A stretch of DNA of 64,000 nucleotides. It comes from Coniocarpon cinnabarinum (taxonomy: Eukaryota). The translations under genes and the position numbers were made by a program. Below, in pieces: positions 13,200 through 23,477 of the stretch (position 1 is the first letter of the stretch; every line of letters begins with the position of its first letter). The stretch covers positions 62,001-126,000 of the forward strand of contig JAVECO010000017.1 in NCBI GenBank assembly GCA_051942205.1, in the 5' to 3' direction. The notes below the pieces were generated by a model that saw only the letters and a list, made by a program, of their open reading frames with translations, did not search any database and was not told the DNA's origin.

Positions 13200-13810
13200 C
13201 GGAGTAGCGAGGTACGAGTTCCGGCAAAGAGCCTTCAGCAAACGGAATATTACGTGTTGGGAATATGGGTATGCTGGCGAAACACCTCTCTGTCGTAAAT
13301 GTTACTGCATCAGGCTGAGGCAAGTGCTGTCGTCCTAGACTTTTGGTACTATTATCCGGCACGTGCCTAAGTACAGGGAGTAGCGAGACAAGAGTCTAGG
13401 CGAAGAGCCTCGAGCATAACGAGATAGTGAGTCTTAGGAATAGGAGTATGCCGGCGAAATCTCTTTAGCCTGTATAAAGTACGGCATTACGCTATAGTAC
13501 AGCGCTGTCGTTCTAGACTTCTGGTAGCGAGGCGCGAGTCTTAGTAAAGAGCCTCGAGCATAATAGAAAAGTAAGTCTTAGAGATAGGAGTATGCCGGCG
13601 AGGTCTGTTTAGCCTGTATAAAGTACTGCATTACGCTATAGCAAAGTACTATTATTCTAGACTTCTAGTAGCGAGGCGCGAGTCTAGGTAAAGAGCCTCG
13701 ACTATAACGGGATAGCGAGTCTTAGGAATATGGGCATGCCGGCGAAGCACTTCTTTGCTGTTTTCAGCACTGTACTCTGCTATGGCAAGTGCTGTCGTCT
13801 TAGACTGTAG
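13200..13810 (+). repeat. Tandem array of 4 diverged units (periods 176, 144, 144 bp) with RIP-like mutation
   Basis: AAGAGCCT anchors (GAGCCT at 13229, 13405, 13549, 13693); copies differ mostly by C>T and G>A transitions that create TpA. Confidence 0.9.
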
Positions 13811-14450
13811 TGCAAGGTCGTGCTCTACAAGGGTTGGGCGGAATAGCACTTGCCACATCATAATTCAGCGTATTGTGAGGTGCAGATGCCTTTCGCTGTG
13901 ATACCTGTAGCTTTGTGACCCGAATCTTCGTCATCGTCCTGGCTCGACGCCTGGACGGAAGTCCCAGCTGAGGATCGTGCATTCCAGAATCTTCAACGTC
14001 ATGCACAGAATTGCTGGGTCTAGGACGTAGCTCAATCAGCCACTTAATGGGCGAAGGCAAGTTGGTGGGTGTATACGAGCAGACGAGACCGCGTGTGAAG
14101 CACGCTCCGCAAAGTCGAGCGGTCTGATTCGCGCGGGGGCTGTAGTTGATCTGACCAAAATTACATCTGTTACGCGTAAAGCGGAGCGGCTTATTGCAAA
14201 AAGCTTGAGTACGAGGCCGCTGTAGCATAGTGATCATCTGCTGATCAGACCGATACGATGGCAATGGCAGCGACTGACGGTTGACGTTGGGAGGCTGCTC
14301 TCTGAGGCGTATAGTCTGCAACATGTGGTTGAACCCAGTCCGAAAGATTCGAGCGTAGCCGTAATTCACGTTTGGAGGTGTGTATGACTGCACCAGTGCT
14401 TCCTGCTCAAAGTAGCGGATGAGTGACTTTGCCCTGCCATACCGGTTACA
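13800..14450 (-). other. Orphan ORF or gene relic with half of a Zn2Cys6-like motif
   Basis: 197-aa ORF containing C...C...CGACFTRGLVCSY; the frame stays open to about 14450; no clear ATG. Confidence 0.3.
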
Positions 14451-14980
14451 TTAACTAGGAAGAGTAGCATTGGTTGTACTGATATGAGCCTGACATTGGA
14501 CCCAACGTGAGCGCCACTTGCCATGATTGGGCCCTTCGTTCACTTCTGGCTATTCAACTCTTACGCCGAGACGGTTTGCGTCGTTCCAATCAGACCAACG
14601 TCCAGCTGACTGTAGCCTTGCCCATGGTTTTGGATGCTCGATGCCGGGCGAGGGGATAGGAAAGACCACATGGACACGATTGTCCGTGTGTGGCTCTTGG
14701 TCCTTGGGGATGACAAGCGACCAGGAGGATTTGCCCTTGTGCTGGCTACCGGTTTGCCGCAAGGCCGAGGGAAGAAAGGATTTGCCGCATGTTAATTCGG
14801 GGATTGGTAAGGAATAACAGGCTTTCGCCGTTGTATTGATAGCTTTTTGGCCCGAATCTACCCATCGCACAGCCTTGTCGCCCAGATTGATATCCGGCCA
14901 CGACTCTGTACCCTTGCCGCGAAGCCAAGGTATGGTGCCAGGAATCGTGGCGCAAATGCTGCAGCACAAATATCACTTTA

Positions 14981-15476
14981 CAGCGCTTTTCATGAAGACT
15001 GACAATGGTTGGTTCGTGCACTGCTGCACACACACACATCTCCTGAGGTCAATGTCGTCGCCGACGTCGCCGCTGACGCTGCCGCTAACGTCGTTTTTAG
15101 TGATATTAAGATAGATAGTCTATACGAGCCTATTACTGCTTTTTCCGCCTTCTTCTACGCTCTTGCGGTAATAATACAAGTTATATAGTAGAAAGGGACT
15201 TAGGTAGGGTATATAAGGGCAGGGTAGATATAGACAGGGTAAGCTAAAGTAAAAATTCTTCTCACAGCACAAGAATTAGAAAACAACGCCACAAGTATAT
15301 AGAAGAAGGCGGAAGAAGCAGTAATAGGCTCGTATAGACTATCTATCTTAGTATCACTAAAAACGACGTTAGCGGCAGCGTCAGCGGCGACGTCAGCGAC
15401 GACATTAACCTCAGGAGATGTGTATGTGTGCAGCAGTGCACGAACCAACCATTGTCAGTCTTCATGAAAAGCGCTG
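14981..15476. mobile_element. MITE (non-autonomous Tc1/mariner-type element), 496 bp
   Basis: About 190-bp near-perfect terminal inverted repeats (CAGCGCTTTTCATGAAGACTGAC... / ...GTCAGTCTTCATGAAAAGCGCTG); TA target-site duplication at 14979-14980 and 15477-15478; TpA-rich core; no transposase. Confidence 0.93.
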
Positions 15477-15654
15477 TATTTCCTTAATTGTTCGTGACTT
15501 TGCAAAGACTTTCAATTCTAAATCCGTTTTAGAAAGTGAATAATAGACCTGCTCCTACTCGAACAATCTGACTCTCACTGCATCCGTATCAGACGTCCAT
15601 TCAACCACTCAAAGTCTGGAATGAAGCACCTTTGTCTGACCCTGCCAAAGTTAC

Positions 15655-15945
15655 CAGGTTGCTCGATCAAATTAGGCGACGAGCCTTTACGACGACAACA
15701 ATATAGGCTGTACTGCTAAGAGTATACCAGCGAACGCCCTTCAAATCTTACTAGACGTTGAATTATGGTGCGGCAACTGCTCTCCCCCGAGAACCTGGCC
15801 GGACAAAGTCGTTACCCGATCTCAATCCAGACAAAGAGCCTGTACGACAAGATGAATTCGAGTTACAGGGCGATAAGAACCACGGCAAAAGCCCTTAGTA
15901 ACTCACAGGACGTCGAATTTTAGTGCGGCAGGTACTCGTGGTACT
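15655..15945 (+). repeat. Two tandem copies (period 155 bp) of the dispersed repeat family
   Basis: GAGCCT at 15681 and 15836, each followed by 42 nt, (A/G)GC, 37 nt and TGCGGCA; shared GACGTYGAATTWTRGTGCGGCA. Confidence 0.8.
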
Positions 15946-17296
15946 GAGGAATCAGTTTGTGACCCTGCCTAATTTTCCACCTCTCTGTCAGTCTTTCGCC
16001 TCCGTTCTGTGAATCCATCGCATGACCCAGGGCGGGCGCGCGTCACTGGCGCCGTTATTTCCGTATAGTGAAGGCTTTAACGAAATTACTGTTCATTTGA
16101 CGCAGCATCACATGAGTTGGCACCACGAAGAGAGACCTTAATTAGCTTCGTTTAGTATGAAGAACATTCCTACTTAATGCTTTGTTGTCGAAAGATTGCG
16201 ATTCTGCTGGGACAGAAAATCTATGCCATCAGGAAAAACCTCCAGGTTGCAGCTGTTGAGTCTTTCGATGACCATCCAATGCAACACACAAATTTGTAGT
16301 GCGAAAGTCCTTGGAGGTGACGACGCCAGCGACATGGTGTGGTGGTGCTAGGGAAACCATGTCATTACTGGAGATTGTTCGCGTAAAAGGTCGTGTCTCG
16401 TCGCAAATTGCGCGGAACGATCTAGCCTGTGGGCTACTTCAGTAGTCTGACATTTGGGAATTTCATTCAAATCTTTGGAGATACAGCCTCTTCTAAAAGT
16501 GCTCTTCAACATTGGAGGGCGCATTTTGTCTACTCGATCTTTCTCTGTTCGTCGCGCGTGCGCACGCGTAGGAAGCCACACTCCCTGAAACTTGTCTGGG
16601 GACAAGCAAACTCATCTCGGACGGCGTCACGCCGCTCAGTCATGGCGCTAGTCCTGGCGTCGAAGAGCGATGTGATTGGCTCTCACGTCTCCGGATTTTT
16701 TAAAGACAGTCATATTGATCTAATTTCAAAGTTCAGCGTAACTGTCGGAGGTGGCATGGTGTAGTGGTAGCATATTTACGTGTTTCACGCCCTGTTCTCA
16801 TCAGATCCATGCTAATATCAGTTTAGCACGTTGTGGCTTGAAAATCCTCAAAGTCCGTGCTGACGCGAGTTCGATTCTCGCTGCCGCCAGCTATTAGCTG
16901 GGTGTTCAATTCACCCCTTTGGAGCTCCGCACACCTTTTTTTCCTTTTCACCAATGCTTTATCTTGCTGGCGACGCCATCTCGCGCGAAATTCAATATCA
17001 CGTGTTCTGGAGATCTTCCAGAATGCTTCGAGAACGTGTCACGTGCCATACTTCCCGCCCTGTGTAACAAGCCGGATCGCGCTAAATCTTGGCACGGGTG
17101 GGTCCACGTTTTACACCCGTGCACTTAGATTTATCTACACATCGTTGCATTGCAACACCTAATTCACGTGTATGGTTCCTGCTCTTTCTTGATGACGCAT
17201 TCGCAAATGCGCGCACTCTTTCGAGCGCAAGCTCGCAGAGCAACACTACGTGACACTATCACGCCAGAGCTAATGAGAGACATGGAAAGGGTCAGA

Positions 17297-17456
17297 GATC
17301 GAAGTCATTGCTGGGCATCAGCCCAGGCGATGAGCCTGTACGATATGCACAACTCAGGCCAAAAACCTACCAGTACAACGGCGAGAGGACTTTCTTAGAG
17401 AATAGACTCTGAATTATGGTGCGCCGAATACTAACCTCCAAGGCCCTTGCGGGGCA
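17297..17456 (+). repeat. Single copy of the dispersed repeat family
   Basis: AGGCGATGAGCCTGTACGA (GAGCCT at 17332), 42 nt, GGC, 37 nt ending TGAATTATGG, then TGCG; the upstream 35 nt also align without gaps to the 15836 copy. Confidence 0.8.
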
Positions 17457-17794
17457 CCTCGTATATATGGCAAGACGCGGGAAGAATAACACGGCAAGAG
17501 AGCTCGTTAGGAGTACTTGCCGCCACATATTCTCGTTTAAGATCAACGTGACACGCCTTCGTAGCCTTGAATCTTGCCTTTCATTATGCTGGCTCAGACT
17601 TGCGTTTTGCTCCATGATGACGTTTTGCCCTTGACCCTTGCGACCGCCAGAAAGCTCCACGTGCAACTAATTACTCTGAGATCTTCGATTGCGACACGCG
17701 AATCGGCCCTCAGCGTAATACTCTTCTCTCGTCGTTATTCTACGTACGAAATATCGACCGCACTGCTTGCTCCAACTATCACAATCACTGTGCC

Positions 17795-19014
17795 ATGCAT
17801 CCCAAATTCGACCCGCACGACGTGACGAAGCGAGTAGACTTCGGCGCTGCTGTTGACACTTCCAAGCTCAATAACTTAAATGTTCTCATCACTGGTGGAG
17901 CCAACGGTCTCGGTATGCAGATCATGCTCTACTCGGCGGGCCATGTTGCTGACGCTTTCGACAGGGGCTGCCATTACACGTCGTTTGTGCACCGAAGGGT
18001 CAGCATGCCCATGATATGCTCGTAAGTCCGAGCGAGCTAATAGAGAATAGGGCACGAGTCACCATCGCAGACTTCCAGCGTGAAGCTGGCGAAAAGATAG
18101 CCAAGGAGCTCCAGTCCAAAGGGCACAAGTCAGTACTCGTGCCAGCGTCGATTATTGAGAAGCACGCACTGATCTTTCCCGGCCTGTTCCAGAGCGACGT
18201 TCGTCTACACAGACGTAACGCAATGGGACTCGCAAGTCAATGCATACAAGACTGCCATAAAGCAGTCACCCAATCACAGGCTAGACCTGGTCATCCCATG
18301 TGCAGGCACACCGGGCGTCCCGATACCCATCCATGAGAATGTCTCCCTCGATGAAGATCCGCCAGCGCCAGCGACTGTTACTTTGGACGTGACACTCACG
18401 GGCGTCTATTTCAGCACATGTCTCGCGATCCACTACATGCGACTGCCCAGCGATCTGCCAGTGGGGTCACCCCCAAAACAGCAGATCATCTTCATGGGTT
18501 CCCTCGCCAGCTACGTTGAGATCCCACCAGTGGCAGACTATGGGGCCAGCAAATTTGGAGTTCGAGGACTCTGGAAGTCCATTCGGAGGGAGGTTCCAGA
18601 CCTCAACATCCGCACGAACCTCATAGCGCCCACTTTCATGCCCACTGTGATGGTGCAGCAAGTTACTAAAGCGCTGGAGGAACGAGGAGCCAAGGTGGGC
18701 AAGATAGAGGACGTGGTAGACGCTGTCGTACGCCTTGCATGCTCTGATGATGTTGATGGTACGTCCCTATCTATGTATCCATCTGTCCGCCCTTTGCACT
18801 TTGCAAAAGACGGCGTCCTATGTAGCGGCATGCCGTTGCTAATTGATCATCTTTAGGCCGAGCGCTGGCATGCGGAGGGGACGGTATCTTCGATTTGCGC
18901 GATGATTACGAAGGACTCGATGGAGGTGTTGAGACTCTGGACTATTTCAAAACCGGAGCCTTTGGCGGTGGCATGCGCCACTTCAAAGAGGTCCTGGGCG
19001 GTCGCAAATGGTGA
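17795..19014 (+). CDS. Short-chain dehydrogenase/reductase
   Basis: TGGANGLG Rossmann motif; catalytic S...YGASK; four introns (first 17913-17964, last ending at 18856). Confidence 0.9.
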
Positions 19015-19583
19015 ATGGGTCAGCTTTGCGCACAGTCTGGTGCCGCCTGATGACGGTACCAATCGCATGGACCCGCCGGAACGTGCTCTTGAGCAGACGG
19101 CAGGATGCTGCTCACTCACGATCGCCTCCCGTGTTTTCGCTACTCGACCTATGAGAGACACCCTTCCATCAAAGTTTAGGGGCTAAACCCGAGCGTCTCG
19201 GCAGTCAAATTAGTTCGTGTTATGCTTGGGCCAGGTCCCGCCCGAGCCAACATGCTAATCAACGCCGCTCACTTGAGCCTCTACCTCTTTGAGCCCAAGC
19301 CTCCTTCCTCTGCCGTGTGTGACGTCTCGAGCGTTGCGATCGACCTGATGTCTTCGATGACTTCGATCCTCCTTCTCACGTTGCGGACAAACTCTCGTGA
19401 ATGGCGTAACATTCTTTTCAGGCTGATCCCGCGAGTGTTCTGTCAGCGGGAACGCTCAGACTGATTCAAAATGGGCCCACTTCGCAACGGGTCGAGGCTC
19501 GAGCCTCTTCCCTCGCTGCTGCAGGATCGATATCCTCCGCGGTCTTGCTGTAGGTCCTTGCCTTGACCCACTGGGCTTTCATC

Positions 19584-21296
19584 ATGAGTGTCAAACCTCC
19601 GTCGCAGGTTCCTGCCCCGCCAGAGGGTAATAAGAACTGGGGACCGCTCATTAACATTACGGATGGCTGGATTGAGGCACTGGATGTGACCGTGATGGTG
19701 CTCAGGGTTGTCACGAGACTGAAGCTCACAAAGTCGAAACTTTGGTGGGAGTAAGTATCCTGAAGAATCTATCAACATCGAAAAAAGCGCGTTGCGGATT
19801 TTGCTAACAACTCTGTAGTGATTACTTTATTCTCGCTGCTTTGGTCGCTACTCTCTGGCAGCTCGCTGGAAACGGGATTGAGTATGTCACATTCATTTCG
19901 CGGCCTTCCTGGGGTCGCACAATTCCTATATCAACAACTTCTGTGCTGACAACACGACAAGAGTTCACTACGGATTCGGCCGACCCCAGCATTACCTTAC
20001 GGATCATGAACTCAAATGGTTCCTGGCCTACTCTTACGGCGAATGGATACAGACCTTCTTTGTGAGTCTAAATGGGCGGCTTTAGTATGCATGAGCCTGC
20101 GAAGAAGCGTCTGCTAACGCACGGCCCAGACATTGACCTGCACCAAAGTCTCCATGTGCTTCTTCCTGCTCCGACTGCCAGCCAGCAAAAGTCTCATAAG
20201 ACCACTGCAAGCCGCCATCATATTTCTCCTCGGATCCGGCATCATCCTCATCATCCTCTGGACTATACAATGCCATCCCATTGAAACCGCCTGGGATCTC
20301 AAGGTACCAGGAATGTGCTTTCCCAAAAGCGGTCTCATTGGCATTATCATGGCTCAGGCTATCATCTCGATCGTCAGCGACTTCGGCCTGAGCTTGTACC
20401 CCATTCTCATCCTGAAGAATCTGCAATTGACTAGACGGAATAAAATCGGTCTGTGTATTCTCATGGGCTTGGGTTGCATCACTGGCGCATGTGCCATTGT
20501 GCGCACAGTCATGTATCATCAATGGATTCCCGATGATGTTACTTATGGGTAAGTCTCAGATCTCGCAGTCTCGATCGTAACTCAAACACTGACGAACAAC
20601 AGCGGCATTGAAAACTGGTTCTGGCGGACCTTCGAAGTCAACTTAGGCATGGTCTGCGTCTGCATCCCCACGCTCGTCCCAGGCTGGAAATGGCTCCGCA
20701 GAAGACTCCGCCAGCGCGCACAGCGCCATCTCCCCGACAACGTCGCCCCTAACGGTCCCTCTCCCGCGGCCGACCGTAAAGAGGTCGAGGAGATCCGACA
20801 TCCAGAGCCGTCCGCCCGCAAAGACGCATCACGTACCGAACGCGCGCTAATGGGTCGCTTCGCCGCGGACCTCGAGTCGCAAACCCCGACACACCGGGTC
20901 GAAGTGGACGACGCGCCGGATCTGCCCCACGGACAGCAGCGAGTCGCCATGGTCCTGGGTGAGGACGACATCCGGGACACGATGAAGAAGTCGCGCCAGG
21001 ACGACTCGGACTCGTCGTGGTTTTCCGACAAGCGGGCCTCCACGCCGACCGATGGCGATAGGGATCCCTCGCCGGCTTCGGGCACCTCCAAGAGCACGGC
21101 GAGGTCCGATGCGCCTCTCGTGAGGAATGCGAGCGATCCGGAGAAGGCTCTGGATGTGGACGTCCAGCCTTCTTTCCGCGAGAATCGAAATCTCTGGAGG
21201 CGGATGCTTCGACGGATTAATGAGTCGAGTCCTGGCAATTGGCTGACGAGTACGGCGAATGTTGATAGCAAGGTTTCGAGACCTGCGAATGACTGA
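19584..21296 (+). CDS. PTH11-like integral membrane protein (fungal rhodopsin-domain GPCR, no CFEM domain)
   Basis: LRVVTR...LWWDDYFI, TKVSMCFFLLRL, QCHPIETAWD...GMC, SIVSDF...P, KIGLCILMGLG, EVNLGMVCVCIPTL; four introns; disordered C-terminal tail. Confidence 0.9.
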
Positions 21297-21668
21297 GCAC
21301 GACGTGATTAACGTGGGTCAGCTACGATGTAATGAGCTTCTTTACGCTGTGTTAAGGTTTTGCAATGTTGCTATCCATCTGACTGTGTTTTATGCTTGCG
21401 GCCATTGGGTGACTGTTTTCTTCAAATTGCGTGAACGCACATGCAGTCAAGATAGGATATACTATCAGCAACCTTGTCACGTTCCTCTCTAGCCCGTCCC
21501 CAAGATCCACCGCTAATCCAGGATTCTTCCCTGCTCAACCAGGTACCATGACTCATGCAATCCCCTCCATCCCCAAGCTCACCATCTAATATCAATCCGA
21601 CCCCGTGACTTTCCTTATAAAAGAGAACTCAAAATCCAACATGCGCCCCTTCAACTAGGCAACTCACC

Positions 21669-23287
21669 ATGTCCACCACCCTCAAAGAACCCGCCATCCT
21701 CAGCCAAAAATACCCCGCTAAATCGCACCTCCGCAAGGTCACCAACCACCTCAAAACCCACGACCCCACCTTCAATCCAGCATCCGTCCTCTACGCCCAC
21801 GGCGCGACATCGCGCCTGTGGCCCAACTGCGACCAGGCGCAGCCTTTCCGGCAGAATCGCGCGTTCTTCTACTTGAGCGGCTGTGACATCCCGGACGCCA
21901 GCATCGCGTATGACGTCCAATCTGATACTTCGACCCTCTTCATCCCGCCCGTCGTCGACGACGAAGTCATCTGGAGTGGCTTGCCTTTATCCCCGGAAGA
22001 AGCCCTCGAGAAATACGACGTCGACGCCGTGAGAACTTCGAAAGATGTGAACCATCTTTTGAATTCCAAGGAAACGGGGAAAGGGCAGATCTACGCATTG
22101 GCAGAGGATGTCCCCAACTCAGTTACATCCCTCAACTTCGAGGCCACAGATATGGTAAAGCTGAGGGACGCAATCGACGAGTGTCGCGTTGTGAAGGACG
22201 AGTATGAAATCGCGCTCATCCGGCACGCAAACGCCCTCTCGAACATCGCCCATCGCGCGGTCCTGGCCGCCGCCAAGACAGCGAGCAACGAGCGCCAACT
22301 CGCCGCCCTCTTCGTGGAGCGCTGCACCGCGCACGGCGCCTTCAATCAGGCATACGATCCCATTGTCGCGAGCGGGACCGACGCCGCGACTCTGCATTAC
22401 GTCCGCAACAACAAAGCGATCAGCGGCGCGACGCTGAATCTTCTCATCGACGCGGGCGCCGAATACCAGTGCTATGCGTCGGACGTGACGCGGACGTTTC
22501 CGATCAATGGAAAGTTCACGAAGGAGAGTCGGGAGGTTTACGGGATTGTGTTTGAGATGCAGAGGCGCTGCATGGGGATGTTGAAAGCGGGGGTGGATTG
22601 GGATGAGGTGCATATGCTTGCGCATCGGATTGCGGCGGAGGGATTGGTGAGGCTTGGGATTTTGAAAGGAGCTACTGCGGATGTGGTGGCGGCGAGGACG
22701 ACGACGCTTTTTTTTCCGCATGGGCTGGGGCATTACATGGGGCTTGATACGCACGACACGGTGAGTTGACTCTTCTGTTCCTCTCAGTTCGGCTAAGGAG
22801 AGAAAATCGGTGCGTGAACTTGCAATGACCAAAGCAAAGAAACCACTAGCCACAGATGAAGAGATGGAATGGTACTCGAATGAAGGAGCAGACGGCGTGA
22901 CATTGAACCAGAGAAAGGAAACATGAAAGACGAAAGCAGCAGGAGCAACGCAACGGAAGCGCTCAATGCTAACGACTGTGCCAGGGCGGCCATCCCAACT
23001 ACGAAGACACAGACACCATGTTCCGCTACCTCCGCAAGCGAGGAACACTGCCCGCCAACTCCATCATCACCGTCGAGCCGGGCATCTACTTCTGCCGCTT
23101 CATCATCGAGCCCCAACTCAAGAACCCAACGCACGCGCAGTTTATCGACCGTGAAGTGCTCGAGCGGTATTGGGCCGTGGGCGGCGTGCGAATCGAGGAC
23201 GACGTACTGATTACAGAGAATGGCTACGAGAATCTAACAGAGGACCTGCCACGAGATATGGAAAGTCTCGAGAAGCTCATGACGTGA
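21669..23287 (+). CDS. pepP: Xaa-Pro aminopeptidase (peptidase M24B)
   Basis: [71 protein letters not shown]; intron 22761-22984. Confidence 0.95.
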
Positions 23288-23477
23288 TGAAATATACGAA
23301 AGACGGACGTAATGTGGGAAAAAGCATTCTCTATCTTGTTGGCACTCCAGCGCCAGCTGAGGTTGTCTCTACCTCCAAGGGGGTACATGGACTATGCTCA
23401 TTGAAACTCCAACAGCGATCCCCGTGCGTCGCCGTATGCTGTACTACTCGTCACACTGAACAACAAGCATGAACCAT

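Noticed and set aside
13200..13810. CRISPR-like array
   Set aside because: Units are similar along their whole length with no unique spacers; the context is eukaryotic and there are no cas genes.
15655..15945. Repeat family as 5S rRNA, tRNA or ankyrin repeats
   Set aside because: No 5S or tRNA consensus is visible. One frame gives MVRQLLS, reminiscent of ankyrin, but the period (144-155 bp rather than 99 bp) and motif spacing do not fit.
22119..23048. 309-aa antisense ORF over pepP, and similar antisense ORFs over the PTH11-like, CBM9-like and Sec7 genes
   Set aside because: Shadow ORFs caused by GC-rich codon usage on the coding strand.
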